Part shown: piece by piece, positions 13,015 through 25,935 of the stretch | Layout of the letters: each line of letters begins with the position of its first letter | Position numbering within the stretch: position 1 is the first letter of the stretch | Origin: Marsupella aquatica | Lineage: Eukaryota > Plantae > Marchantiophyta | Direction: 5' to 3' | Assembly: GCA_973895155.1 (NCBI GenBank) | Contig: OZ316891.1 | Span: 22,209,168-22,273,167, forward strand | Length of the DNA stretch: 64,000 nt | Position numbers and translations under genes: made by a program | Notes under the pieces: model-generated | Seen by the model: the letters and a program-made list of their open reading frames with translations, nothing else | Database searches by the model: none | What the model was told of the DNA's origin: nothing

Positions 13015-13799
13015 GTGAATCCGTCTGAACACCTTTCAAACCCTTGAGTCTAGCCAGGCTTTCCATTACCCTGAGTTAAATCAGATTAAAGAACCCATTA
13101 ATTAAGCACAACTGCCCAAACTCCTGCTGACCCAAATCGGCATGATAATCCATGACCCAACCCCAATCAAATCCAATCGGTCATTACTAGCCTGAATGTT
13201 CAAGCTTTGCTCATAAATAGACGGTGACTACCAATGTGCCCCACTTCAGTTCCACCCCCATCATTAGCCACGCCTCCCAAGCTATGGTCTAGAGTCGTCA
13301 CCTACACAGTAGCCCCTTACCTTAGCTTTGTTTGTGTTTTATTAGACATACAATCAAGAAGCCCCACACTACATCCATGTGTACATTACTGAGTGGAATA
13401 GTGCAAGCTAGTAAGTACACCCCAATCAAAGCTTTTGTTCTTTGGGTGTAGGCCGGGAGTTTAGGTGTTCTGGTTCTTTGATCTTCCTGGGGTTTCTCTC
13501 CCTTATCGGGTCTTTTCTCCCTGCTTTACCAGGTTTTAAAGTTTGTTGCTTTGTTCTGTAGCCCTTGGTGGGGACTCTAGGCTTTTTGGTTTATTGGGTC
13601 TCACTTTCTGTTCTTGGGAACTGCTATATAGTATTTTAGACTTCAAGCTGGGCGCCAAGTGTAGCATTTACATATGCTCCGTGCAGGATGCTGCCACGCC
13701 ATGCACATCAGTGCAAACGGTGGCTGTTCCACGTGAGTTACGTACTCTGGTCTAGCCTAGTTTGCTACTCTGTATGTTAGTCTAAGACCCACAAATCTT

Positions 13800-14400
13800 C
13801 TCTCCTCAATTGCAATCCCTCTGAGATTTGGCTGCTTTGTGGAGTTCCTTTGTTGCAGCTCTCTGATGTTGGGCTGGAAGGGAAGCTCCTCGTTGATAAC
13901 CAGAAGAAGCAGAAGCTGCACGAGATCTCTGACAAGGAGAGGAAATAAGGTTGATGATACAGTCAACGAGCGGCTCCTCCTTTGCTGTCACCAGGGCACC
14001 AATTCTTCTGTAATCACACTTCTTTGGGGGACTCCTTCTCCTCCTCGTCCTCCTCTGTTCCTCTTCTTCTGTGAATTGGTCATGCAAAGCATCAGGTTTC
14101 ATCGCCCTTTCATACTTCGTGGCAGGTCTTGGATGATGGGAGATCAAGCAGTTCCTATGTACGCATGGTTATATGAGAAATCTTAGAAATCTTTGGATCT
14201 TATCTTGGTGGTCTGTTAATTGGCCTCTCTTAGTGTACAACGAATCTCTACCTCAAAGGTTTACCGTCACCCTGTCGGCCTCAGAAGAGGATTCCAAGGA
14301 ATTGAGATAGGAAGATGGGAGCTGTGCTTGAAAATTTTCCTTCGCAGATAGAGCAATCTGTTGCATATTGTCTTTCTTGAATGCTGAGGGGCCTTTGGAG
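13800..14400 (+). mobile_element. Possible degenerate LINE (L1) ORF1 remnant
   Basis: Broken frame containing RPFILRGRSWMMGDQAVPMYAW, reminiscent of the GPW...W segment of plant L1 ORF1 (DUF4283); several stops. Recognised by eye only. Confidence 0.3.
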
Positions 14401-15097
14401 ATTGTCGATAATGCGGGTCGCTTCATTTAGCGTGGGCAGGACCCGAAAGCAGTGCTTCCCATTTTGTATTCTGGGTTCTCGAGAGACATGTCACCCAAGA
14501 GGGTGAAGTGGTCAAGCTTTTCAGAAAGTTCGCACTAAAGTAGTATTATAGGTTTTTTTCTTCTTCATCACATTGTGTCTGCATTTTGATTGCTAATTGA
14601 GCTCGCTTTATTCTGAGCTGAGAGATTGAATGTGTATGGAGGGAAAATCCAATTCCGTCTTAGGATCATGGATATGCTCCGTTCAATTTCTGTTATCCAA
14701 CCTTTAAAGGTCTAGCCTACCTCTTAGAACTTCTCCAGTCAGTCAGGTCACTCCCGCGACGGATCTGGGTCTTGAATCTCATCTGAGTGTGTTTTTCTCG
14801 TTAAATTTGTTGTCGCAGGCAAGAGGATCGATTTTGTACCACAATAACCCGTTGAGAACCGTCTGGACCAAGAAGGTAATTTTGAGAGACGATAGACATG
14901 CTTAATGCACTCGAACATTGAGCTGGGAGCCGTTGCTTTACTATTCCCAGGACAGCTCTTGTGTACGGCGCATATTCCTACTGTTAGACTGCTTGTTGTT
15001 AGCTAAAGTATCTCATAGCTCATCTGCAAGAACTGAAGAAGGAAGAAATGCTTGGGTTGGTCGTAAAAATCGTCCAGGGGCCTTCTTTAGGGACAAA

Positions 15098-18000
15098 ATG
15101 GGAGACCATGGGCATATTCTTTATATGGGTTTTGAAGGTGTCCTGACCCCTGGTTGGTTGATTGATTGGTTCTCGAAGCTCGGAGCCAAAGAGCAAGGAA
15201 AAGGAAGGGCAAGTTTCTGGAGCTCGAAGAGCAGGGTCGTCCGCGCAAGCAGTGACTTGCGATCCAGTCAGATGGCCCCATCTAAGAAGATGGTGGCAAT
15301 GCCGATCCTCCACGAGGGAGTCTTTCGATTTGATTCTAGTGAGGGCGCAAGGAAGCAAGCTCACCCGTCCATTTCTTTTGTGGATGGAGAGTTGCGAGAG
15401 ACAGCTTTTGAAATTGAAAGTGGTGCCCACCATGAGCCTGCATTCATCCCACAATGCAGGATTGAAAATGGTGTACAAACAATTACTCTGAAGGTACTGA
15501 CTAGGAAGCAACTGCTCAAATGCGTCTTGAGTCCCAGCAATCGAGAATAAAGTCCACTAAACATTGAGTACACAATCATCAAGTCAAACTGAAAATAATT
15601 GTTTGTCCTTTTGGTACTCTGTTGTCGCTGAATGTGAGTACATCTTCTTCCACATGTGTTCCAAGAGCTTGCAGTGACCTTTAGTAATATGACCCAAATA
15701 AGTTTAGTTACATCCTCACTCACGATCAGTAATCAAACTGGGATCTGAAATGCACAGAATATACAAAGCCAATGACATTCTCTTAATCAAGGTTTCTCAT
15801 CAATAATCTTTGGGAAGTCAAAAGTTCAACTTGAAAGTTATTGGTTGGGTTCCACAAAGTGCACGCAGAAAACAGTTGAAAGCCCCTCATTTAATGCCGA
15901 ATCGTTGAGGTGGCTCGCCAGCAAATGGAAATCAATTAATCACTATGGTCTTTCTTAGATCAGAAAGGTGTTGGTTACCTCCTGAGGGACAGTGTTGACA
16001 GGCAGTCCGTGTTTCTTGTGACAAGCAGTTTCCAGCTGGCACATCCTTTTATGGCACCGGTGAGGTATCTGGACCACTTGAACGTAGTGGACGAAGGGTG
16101 AGTCTACAAATATTTTCTAATGAATTTGGGATTCTAAATGCTGTTGAGTATTCTAGTGTGTCACGTTCAATCAGGCCTTGTGAATAACTTTGGTTCGATA
16201 ACTGCAGATTTTTGGTTGGAATACCGATGCCTGGGGGTACGGGCCGAGCACGACTTCCCTTTATCAAACACATCCCTGGGTACTAGCGGTCCTGCCAGAT
16301 GGAACTGCCATTGGAATTTTGGCGGATACGACTCGTCGATCTGAGGTACAATATGTCTGCTCACAGAAGACCAAAGCTGACAGCAGCCTGTTAAGGAATT
16401 GTATTTCTTTTGTATGCCACGGAATGTTTGGGCGACAGGAAAGAGTCCCACTAATCTGCTTTCTAGTCTCAGATCTGCTCTTACCACTCCCAATATACAT
16501 TACAGGTGGATTTACGGAAGGAATTTACAATAAGAATTGCAGCAACTGCGTCGTATCCCGTAATAACCTTTGGGCCTTATCACTCCCCTGAGGCTGTGTT
16601 GAAGGCTCTCTCGACTGCAACGGGTATGTCTTAGTAGTATCTTCTTCATTCTGAGTTTCTCCTTGTTGTTTTCTCTGCTACACAAGCACAGATGCTAGTT
16701 TTTCTAGAAACTCAGACGATAGCAAGGACAAGATTTAGCAAATTTCTTCTGTTCTTGTTGCCAATGTATCCTCTCATATGTTCTTCTAGGACGAAATACC
16801 TATTTCTTGTTTGAAGGCAATATTTCTATCAAGTCGTTAGTACCTGAGCTGCAGATATTGTTTGTGGAGTATAATCAAGTGTCTGTCTGCAGGAACTCTT
16901 GCAATGCCACCAAAATGGAGTATAGGATACCAGCAGTGTCGCTGGAGCTATGAGACTGCAGACAGAGTCAAAGAGGTAGAACTATAACGATGGCCTTCCT
17001 TGCAATAATAGCACATCTACAGCATTTTCTCAAGCATTCTGACATCCAACCGTAAGAAAACTCTGCTTCTTCTCAAGAATTTCCTGGCTCAGATGTTAGG
17101 TTTGACCACGATGCTTCCATTCTGCTGCCCATCTACTTAAGATTGAGAAAAATGTCAGACGATATAGTTTTGAAAGCAAGGGCTTTGTTTACCTGGGTTG
17201 GCTTGCACAGCAACAGAATAATCACGCCCTACTGATTTTCAGGTTGTTAGCACATTCCGTGACAAGAAACTACCTTGTGATGTGATATGGATGGATATTG
17301 ACTACATGGACGGATTTCGTTGCTTCACATTCCACCCGGTATGTCGCGTCACCCGGCCTTTCCTCATCGACTGTTTGGATTCTAATTTGGGAAAATGAGG
17401 ACAAGATATGGAAAGACACTCAACTGAAGGGACACTTTGGCACTGTGATGGAAGCCAACGAAAGGCGCAACCATGGCACGGGAGCAGATGGGCAAAAGAT
17501 TGTCATAGGAGATGTATGAATTAAAATGGGGCGGAGTTTGATGTAATCATATTTCTTTCCTATCAGACGGACTTAGTCCAATTCTCCATACAATATTGTG
17601 TACTGATTGAGTGATTTCGCATTTCAGGAAAACTTTTCTGAGCCAACAGATCTTTCTAAATTTCTACATGACAAAGGGTTCAAAGGTGTGTGGATGCTTG
17701 ATCCAGGCATCAAGCGGGAAAAAGGATATATTGCCTATGATTCTGGAACTACAGAGGGCATTTGGGTACTGCAGAACAATGGAAAACCATATGTAGGTAT
17801 GTTCTATTGAATTGTAGATATTCAATTATCCAGAATACTGAAATACTAAGGCTGTAGTGCCTATGAGGGCTGTGAGCCCCTCACAGCTCGATTTATGGTG
17901 AGTTAAATTGCTTGCGGGTATATACTCCATTGCTGATCACTGCCAATTGGTAAAATCTTTCTGTTCAGCGTGTTGCATGAATCTATGTACTTGCTGTAAA

Positions 18001-21000
18001 GACATCTCACAAATAAGTTCTAAAGAGGTTTTTTCCTTGAGACCGCAGGAGAGGTTTGGCCGGGTCCGGTTTTGTTCCCCGATTACACTCAAGAGAAAGC
18101 TCGAAAGTGGTGGGCTGAGCTTGTGAAGGATTTTGTCTCGATAGGAGTTGATGGCATTTGGAATGACATGAATGAACCCGCGGTCTTCGAGGTTCTCTTT
18201 CCATCATTTGGTTTGAAGATTGTGCTGTCTTGTTTCTTTCTTAAGGCATGCTTACTTGTATGGTATGAGGGCCTCCTTAAACAAATTTTGTTCCTCTTGC
18301 TTTGCAGAGTTTGTCTAAGACTATGCCAGAGACTAACATACATGTTGGAGACAAAGAGCTTGGAGGCCGGCAGAGCCATCTTCACTACCATAATGTATCT
18401 CTTTTCCCTTTCATACTATTCTAAGGCTCAGTTGAAAGCATTGCCAACAACCTTTTATGTTTTGTATTTTGAAGTTACCCAAGTACTGCATTTCCTTGTA
18501 AAGATTGCACGCAAGAGTTGATATGTTACCTAGTGCACAACTCATCGTGACAAGAAATCTCCTTTGTTCGATTAGGCTGTTATAGTGCTGGGCGTTCTAC
18601 AACTCTTATGCATGTCTCAGTGTCTTGGATTGTCATATGTTTCAGGTTTATGGAATGTTGATGGCTCGGGCAACCTATGAGGGCATGCTACTCGCCAATC
18701 CTCATAAGCGTCCATTTGTATTAACTCGAGCAGGATTCGTCGGAAGCCAAAGATATGCGGCAACATGGACCGGTGACAACCTGTCAAACTGGGTGCACCT
18801 GCAAATGAGCATTCCTATGGCACTCAACCTGGTTGGTATCTCTAATTCTACTGCGCTTAATTGACTCATCTTTGCCCTTCAGCACCTTCTTTAGTCAGTA
18901 TGTTAATGACTGAATGTGAAATTGAGTGAGTCGTTTGCGTTGCTCAAAGGTTTGAGCTGTCGTCCGTTGATTGTCGTTAAAGTAACAGGGTTATAAATTC
19001 AGCAAATTTTGGTGCTTGCAGAGTCTTAGTGGACAACCGTTCACAGGACCAGACATTGGGGGATTTGGTGGGAATTGTTCACCTAAACTATATGCTCGCT
19101 GGATGGGAATCGGTGCCTTGTTACCATTTTCAAGGGGTCATTCTGAGAAAGGGACAACAGACCACGAACCTTGGTCATTTGGGAATGAGGTATTATAATG
19201 ACAAGTCGTTTTCTGATGACATTGTGAGACTGGTCTACATCTTGTATTATCTTCTCCAGTGAGTAAGCTTTTTTAATATCATGTCCCACATTTGTTGATT
19301 TCATTCTTGGAGGCAAGGGTATTGCGAACCAGCCTATAATTGTCCTAACTCTTCTACACAATTTTTCCATTGGTATGCAGTGTGAAGAAGTAGTTCAACG
19401 TGCACTGTTCAGAAGATATCGTTTGATACCTCACTTGTACACACTTTTCCACATGGCACATACAACTGGGATTCCAATTATGAGTCCAGTGTTTTTTTCT
19501 GGTAATTTCAACCTCAGGGCTTCGAGTTGTTTTGATTGTGGAGTCCATTGTTACGGGTTGGACTTGCAGTGGTAACTACATATGTGTATCCCTCCGCATC
19601 CAAGCAATAATTAATGTTCATTTTCGTGCTCACATCTCTGGCAGATCCTAAAGATCCAAAACTTAGGAAGGTGGATGACAGTTTCCTATTGGGGCCACTA
19701 CTTGTTGCTGCAAGGTGAAACACGTCTAACTGATATCAAGCATTGCATTATTTTATAGACATTGAAGTCTTTGCCATCCAAGACCGGCTAGCAGTGCCGA
19801 CGAGGAGAAATTGAAGTAAAGTTCAAGTTACTAATAACCGGGCTAATAACTTGTGACTGAATAACCGGGCTAATAACTTTTGCTGATGTTCATTGTGTTT
19901 AACCCTGCATGGCGGGTGTGCAGTACTGATCCCAAACGGAAGGCTGATTCAAGGAGAACTGTTCTACCTACTGGAATTTGGCAACAATTTGACTTTAATG
20001 ACAGTCACAGTGTAAGGTTCTCTACCTACTGGAAGTTGGCAACAATTTGATATTAATGACAATAAAATTGTAAGGGTCTCTTTCGTATCCTGATATATTT
20101 TGTGGAAAAATTGCGTCTGACAAGAGAAATGCATCTTCCTTCCAACTGAAACTGAAAACTTTATTCAATAAACTTCTCTAATTATACTATATAGTCGCGA
20201 GGACAAAACAAGAAAGATTAACGTCCTGCGAAATAAAGTAAAACCGAGTCCCCAAATTTATTATTCTTTGTCAGAGCAAGTCGATAGAAGTTATGATTAA
20301 AAATTGCGATTGTACATCTTGGGTCACTGGAAATTGTCTCCACGCGAACAAACCATACTACTCTTTGAGTGTACATATGTCTTGGACGAGTATCATAATC
20401 TCTACCTGAAGTAATTGATCTTCCGATTTCTATGCAGGATCTTCCATTGCTCTATCTTCGAGGCGGAGCAATAATTCCCACGGGCCCTGTTGTACAACAT
20501 ACAAGTGAACTAGATGGTTCTGATCCACTGACACTATTGATTGCCCTCAACGAAACAGGTTTGTTAGTTCCATCCAGGCTCATCTATTCACTCTTGCCTC
20601 CCTTTCCTATGACGGCAGGGGCCAGGAAGTCTCTCTACCAGATCATCTTGAGGTCCTTGCTTGATTTTTCACCAAAGGGTATATTGCAATGTTTTTGAAA
20701 CATTGTGTCAACCGAGATCTCCATGAGTGTAGAAAATCCAGCACCTTGGAGTTTTCTCTTATCTGTGGTTTCTCGATTGGTGTTTACCACTTCTGGACCT
20801 TGTGGTATTCACAGGAAAGGCTGAAGGCATACTTTATGAGGATGATGGCGATGGTTTTGAGTTCCAAAAAGGAGAGTTTCTGTTTACAAACTATCAGGCA
20901 CAATTCGTTTCCAAATCCTCTAATCCTGATGATGGAGGCAAAGTGACCATAAGAGTCCAAAAATCTGAAGGTTCCTGGAGTAGACCAGAGAGAATACTCC

Positions 21001-23429
21001 ACATCCGCATTCTAATTGGTGATGGGGCTGAGGTGAGATTTGAAAGAATTTGTTGCACCAAGCACTACTTATGATTGGTACAAGTGGTTAACTAGATCCT
21101 CCTTGTGTCCACCCATGTTGACCGCCTTCCTTTTTAGGTGTATGGACCAATTAGAGCAGATCTCCTCCGTCTGGTGCACCTCAGCTTCGTACAGCTGCAT
21201 TTTGAGAATCATTTCACTCTCAGACAGTGTGCCATATTTCGCCACCAAATGTCACAGATAAGTTGCGTGTCTACATCATTGCAGGTTGTAGGTGAGGGTG
21301 TGGATGGAGAGGAGGTTACCGTAGACTTTCCTTCGGCTGCTCAAATCAAAGCGCTTAGGAGCACAAGACAGCAACGAGAGCTGTCAATGTCAGGTTGATT
21401 TGTTAAATTTGGACTATCTGAAGTTTGGTGGAGAAAGTTTTGAGATTATGTTAGAGATCCCCACATCTCATCGGGTGTAGGTTGTTTTTGTTGACTTTCT
21501 AGTTGCTTTATCATTTTACATTACCACAAAACCGTTGGTCCAGTTGGATGAAGTATTCAGCCATTTGCAAGTCGCTCATCAATTGTCGCATATCATAACT
21601 TTACAGAGAAAGAGACTGGCGTTTCTGACGAGGTAGCTTATGCCTTGGAGAGCACGGCTGGGGTTCCTCAGAAGTTGGTGGAGCTGAAGAGCGGTGAATG
21701 GTTCTTGAATATTGCACCTTGGATTGGTGGTCGTATTATAAGCATGATTCATACTCCTACAGGTAAGAACGTCTTCTAGAGGCTGCTCGGGTACTTCTAA
21801 CTGGTTGGGGTCTTTCTTCACTTCATACAAGTCTTTGACATAATATCACAGAGGTTAGTTTAATCTGAACCGAATTTGGTGAACTCCTAAATCTGACATC
21901 TGGTTTGGGATTGGTTGTTTTGAGACTCCTGAAATTCAAACAAATGGACCTTTCGGATCCAAGAATTTCGTTCGTGTCTCACCTCATGTGGAGTCAAAGA
22001 AGTTTTCTAGACCTTGACAGTCTGGTTTTCTGCTACAGATTTTGAATGGCTGGAAGGTAGACTTGAGAAGGGGGCATATGAAGAATACAGTGGCGTGGAA
22101 TACCGATCTCCTGGCTGTACTGAGGAATACGATGTGATCAAGTGAGGCACCACCCAATCTCAGCATGACTGTTGTGCTTGTAAAACGTTTCCGTTCGCAA
22201 AAGAGATGTTTGGCTACCATTCCCTCGTGTGTGTTGTGTTGTTCTTGAAGATACAGTTCTTCGAGAAGGTTTTCCGATATTACCTCATGACTTGGCTTGC
22301 ATCCGGCTGCAGGAAAGAACTCACAGAGTCAGAAGGCTCTCATGGCATAGTTTTGGAAGGTGATATTGGAGGTGGATTAGCCATGGTCCGGCACATTGAT
22401 ATACCACATGAGTCGCCTAAGGTTTTGCAAATACGGTCTTCAATAGAAGCTAGATCTGTTGGTGCAGGATCCGGGGGATTCTCAAGGTTAGTTGATCCTG
22501 TTACTCATTATCGCAGCATTTAAGAAGTAGATGAATTGGTAATGAGAAAGCGTGCATCACCTGCATCCTGAACATGGGCACGATGGACAAGGTCTGCTTT
22601 TCTGTCACATCGAGATACTGCCAGTTGGTCCCTGGCATTATCTCCACATATCAAAAGCATGAAGTTTCTCTGAAATCCGCATTTCAATCTCAAAGAATCG
22701 TGCGTTGTCGATCTCTCTAAACCATTTGCATAATTTGTAAACACGTCAAAACATTGTGAAATTATATGTGAATTTATGTATATTACATGAATTTAATCCT
22801 CTGCAAAGATGTCTGAAAGTATTTTCTTCGCAGCTAGGATCGATGATGCTTACATGTGATCCTACAGGTTGGTTTGTCTGCGAGTGCATCCAATATTCAA
22901 AGTGGCTAATCCAGAGAAGACATCCGTCAAGTTCACTGCAGTGGATGGCACGAAGCGAGAGATTCATTGTGCCGAGCCTGGGGAAATATATCTCAATGGA
23001 AGCGATAGACCAAACGGTGAGTTCCAATGTTCTGAGCACTTGCACCATTCCTTGATTGCTTTGAGTAAACGCTCTGTGAAGTAAGTAAATTAGACACTAA
23101 CATCAATGTTCAGGATTTCTTAAAACTCCTGCTCTCTGTTTCTGAAGGTATTCCGTTCTACTCTCTCTATTACGAGGAAGAGAAAGATGTTAAGGGTGCA
23201 ACTCTGACTTCCATTGTCTTGTTCTACAGAGGAATGGGCCCTCCAAGACAAGGAAACTGGGGCAGCTCTAGTTAATAGATTCCACCTGGAGGAAGTGGCC
23301 ACCTGCCTCATTCATTGGGCTCCTGGTATATGCAACTTAGAGCTTTGGTCGGTAGAGAGGCCCGTGTCTAAGGACACTCCCATCTTAATATCTCACGAGT
23401 ACGAAGCTAAGCAACTCACTGAAGAGTGA
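15098..23429 (+). CDS. HGL1: Glycoside hydrolase family 31 alpha-glucosidase, heteroglycan glucosidase 1 type, 22 coding exons (start codon uncertain)
   Basis: Exons: 15098-15493, 16029-16097, 16208-16345, 16506-16623, 16893-16975, 17243-17338, 17628-17796, 18049-18191, 18308-18394, 18646-18831, 19022-19189, 19381-19501, 19645-19714, 19924-20011, 20438-20558, 20815-21032, 21285-21393, 21607-21762, 22039-22141, 22313-22486, 22868-23016, 23230-23429. GH31 motifs: MPPKWSIGYQQCRWSY, CDVIWMDIDYMDG, GIWNDMNEPAVF (nucleophile), ATWTGDN (acid/base), GPDIGGF, HEPWSFG. Colinear with Arabidopsis HGL1 as recalled, including PILHEGVFRFD and C-terminal LELWSVERPVSKDTP. Confidence 0.93.
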
Positions 23430-24586
23430 ACGAGGGTGGGTTTCCATAGAATGATCTGTCTATAGCATTAATTCTGATTGATCAGACGAGGGATGGAGTT
23501 CAGCCTGTTTCAGCAATTCTCTTTTGGTTTACACTCGGATAAAACCACTGCAACGCAGATGACCTCATGCCTTGATTTGCGAGACTACATATGGTTTCGG
23601 CTACACATTACGATGCTGTTGAATGATTAATTCTTGCGACTCTTAAAGAAATCATTCATCCATCCAATACCTGGAGGTCATGGTGAGAAACTGTTCCAGT
23701 GCATGTTCGCTCTAGCATCCACAATGTCATTATTCTTTGGCCGACGTATTTGTTCCAGACACGTCACAATACTAGTCCTGGAAACATAATCATCGAATCA
23801 TATGTAAGAAATTGATGAGCTCGTCTTGCAGTTTCTAGTAATGTTATTGTTTCTGAAAACCTTACATACGGTAATATTTTTCTTTCAATAATTTACATTA
23901 TCAAATTGTGTCCATCAAGATCTAGCCGTACCTAACTAACAAGGAAACCACGAATCTCTTTGTTCACGATGTTTGTTTGCACTGCCTTGGAGAAAATAAC
24001 AGACCAGGAATGGCAATAGTCACCGCGTTACTGAAAGTTCACGAAAATCTCAGTTCAAGAAAGGAAGACCTGAAAAACAGCTGAAGTAGGAAAATCCGAG
24101 AGACCCGACCTATCAAACTGTCTGGAAATCACCATCCCACAATTGTGAACACTCTTGATATCCTTAAATACAAACTTCTCGAACAATATTCAAGAGTAAT
24201 TTATTCCATCCTTACACAATAATGCCAATCTTCAGCCAAAACAGATTCGGGGAAGTTTCTGAATAAATTTCTGAGAGTGTGCCAACAGCAATCATCCCAT
24301 GGAACCACTCTTCTCGTATGTGAATCTACAGAGAACCTTGCGCACCACAAACCACCTGCTTGGCACACCAGTTGAGGCCAAGTGGACCTTCCCTCTATTG
24401 AGAGACTTCATCTACAGTATTTCACAACTATACTGTGGGCAGACTACAAAGAGCCTTGCAACAGGCTTCGGTGTACCAGTCTGCGCAAACAAGCACCCAA
24501 ACTGTGTCACCTTGCCTCGACATTGCTGTCCTGATAGTGTTTTCGTCCCACCACATATATACACACACCTGTAATTAATGAAAAGC

Positions 24587-25576
24587 CTAACCTTTTCCAA
24601 TGTGATGAGTAGCAGAGCGATGAGTTTTCACTCCGTGCCTTGAGGAACTACTAGGATTACCATCCACCTTGTTCTGCCGTTTCTCAGCTGGCTCCAGTAT
24701 TTGAAATGAGCAGAAGAGCGATTCGTCCACACTTAGAATTGCTCCAGCATTGTCAAAGTCACCGCAATAGTTTGGAGCTGAGAAAATTGTGACCAGTTGC
24801 TTCCTGGCAAAGAATTCATAGCCATCTTCGACTACTTGATGGGCTCTACAAATGAGGTTCAAATCATGTTTTTCCAAAAACTTCTCGACTATGTCAGAAC
24901 CGAAGGTGTATGACACACCACGGTCATTTTGCCCCCAGCCTCGAACGAATTTGTCAGGATCGGCCCACAGCAGATCACACAAGAGCCCGGACTCTGGGAC
25001 ATCAGTGGGTCGGGCTATTCGCTTGATCTGCTCCAAGCTCCTCAGCTCAGGAGAGAGTCCTCCATGCATGCACAGAATCCTGTCATCGATGACGGCAGCC
25101 ACCGGCAGGCAATTGAAACACTCAGTGAAAATCTTCCACAAGCGAATATTAAATCTACGTTTGCACTCGTCGTAGAAGCCATAAATTCGGTTGATGTAAT
25201 CACATTCATGATTGCCCCTCAACATGAAGAAATTCTCTGGGTACTGAATTTTGTATGCAAGGAGAAGACAAATAGTTTCTAAATTCTGCTTCCCACGGTC
25301 AACATAGTCTCCTAAGAACAAATAGTTGGCCTCTGGGGGGAACCCACCGGACTCGAACAGCCTCAGAAGATCTGGATATTGCCCATGAATGTCACCACAA
25401 ATCTTTATTGGAGCTTCCAGCTCCAGCAGATTCGGCTGAGCCAGGAAGATGTCCTTGGACACCACGCATAGCTGCCGGATCTCGTTCTCTGATAACTGTA
25501 CTTGTTTACCTGGCTTCCCAGCTGTCCTCACTGACAGCAAACGTTTTATAATGTCCTCCAGCACAGCGGGATCCAT
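24587..25576 (-). CDS. PP1: Serine/threonine protein phosphatase PP1 catalytic subunit (TOPP family), intronless, 329 aa
   Basis: Uninterrupted ORF with all PPP motifs: [40 protein letters not shown]; plant-type N-terminus [14 protein letters not shown]. Confidence 0.96.
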   Translation of the reverse strand: MDPAVLEDIIKRLLSVRTAGKPGKQVQLSENEIRQLCVVSKDIFLAQPNLLELEAPIKICGDIHGQYPDLLRLFESGGFPPEANYLFLGDYVDRGKQNLETICLLLAYKIQYPENFFMLRGNHECDYINRIYGFYDECKRRFNIRLWKIFTECFNCLPVAAVIDDRILCMHGGLSPELRSLEQIKRIARPTDVPESGLLCDLLWADPDKFVRGWGQNDRGVSYTFGSDIVEKFLEKHDLNLICRAHQVVEDGYEFFARKQLVTIFSAPNYCGDFDNAGAILSVDESLFCSFQILEPAEKRQNKVDGNPSSSSRHGVKTHRSATHHIGKG

Positions 25577-25935
25577 CCTCCTCTCCTCTCGTTGTTGGGG
25601 ATCAATTGACTCTTGCAGTGAATTGATCCTCTCTCCACTCCTCTCCTCTATGATTTTGAGGATCAGTTGACTCTAAAATCCTCTTCTCTCTTTGTGGGGG
25701 ATCTAATACGAAACAACCTCTCCTTTCTCTGTTTTGGGGATCTCCTCTCCTCTCCGTTTTTGAGGATCAATGGACTCTAAAATGAATTCAATGCTCTTCT
25801 CTCCTTTCGCATTTGTGGGGATCTAAAACAACCTCTTCTCTCCTCTCCCTCGTTTGGGGATCAATGGCCAAACTATTTCGTATCGTTTCTCCGCCCCTTG
25901 TTGGGGATGTAATATCTCCTCTCCTCTCCTCTCTA
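25565..25935 (-). repeat. Array of ~8-9 degenerate 30-50 bp units directly upstream of the PP1 ATG
   Basis: On + strand each unit is a CTCCTCTC tract followed by TT(T/G)..G(G/A)GGATC; three units continue with A(A/G)T(T/G)GACTCT. Confidence 0.75.

Noticed and set aside
18395-18645. HGL1 intron with donor GTATCTCTTTT as a U12 intron
   Set aside because: Deviates from GTATCCTT and lacks a TCCTTAAC branch point near the acceptor.
25565-25935. Repeat-spacer-like arrays (also 34575-35150, 43940-44800, 50930-51420) as CRISPR
   Set aside because: Units are degenerate and variable in length, spacers are related to each other, no cas genes, eukaryotic context.
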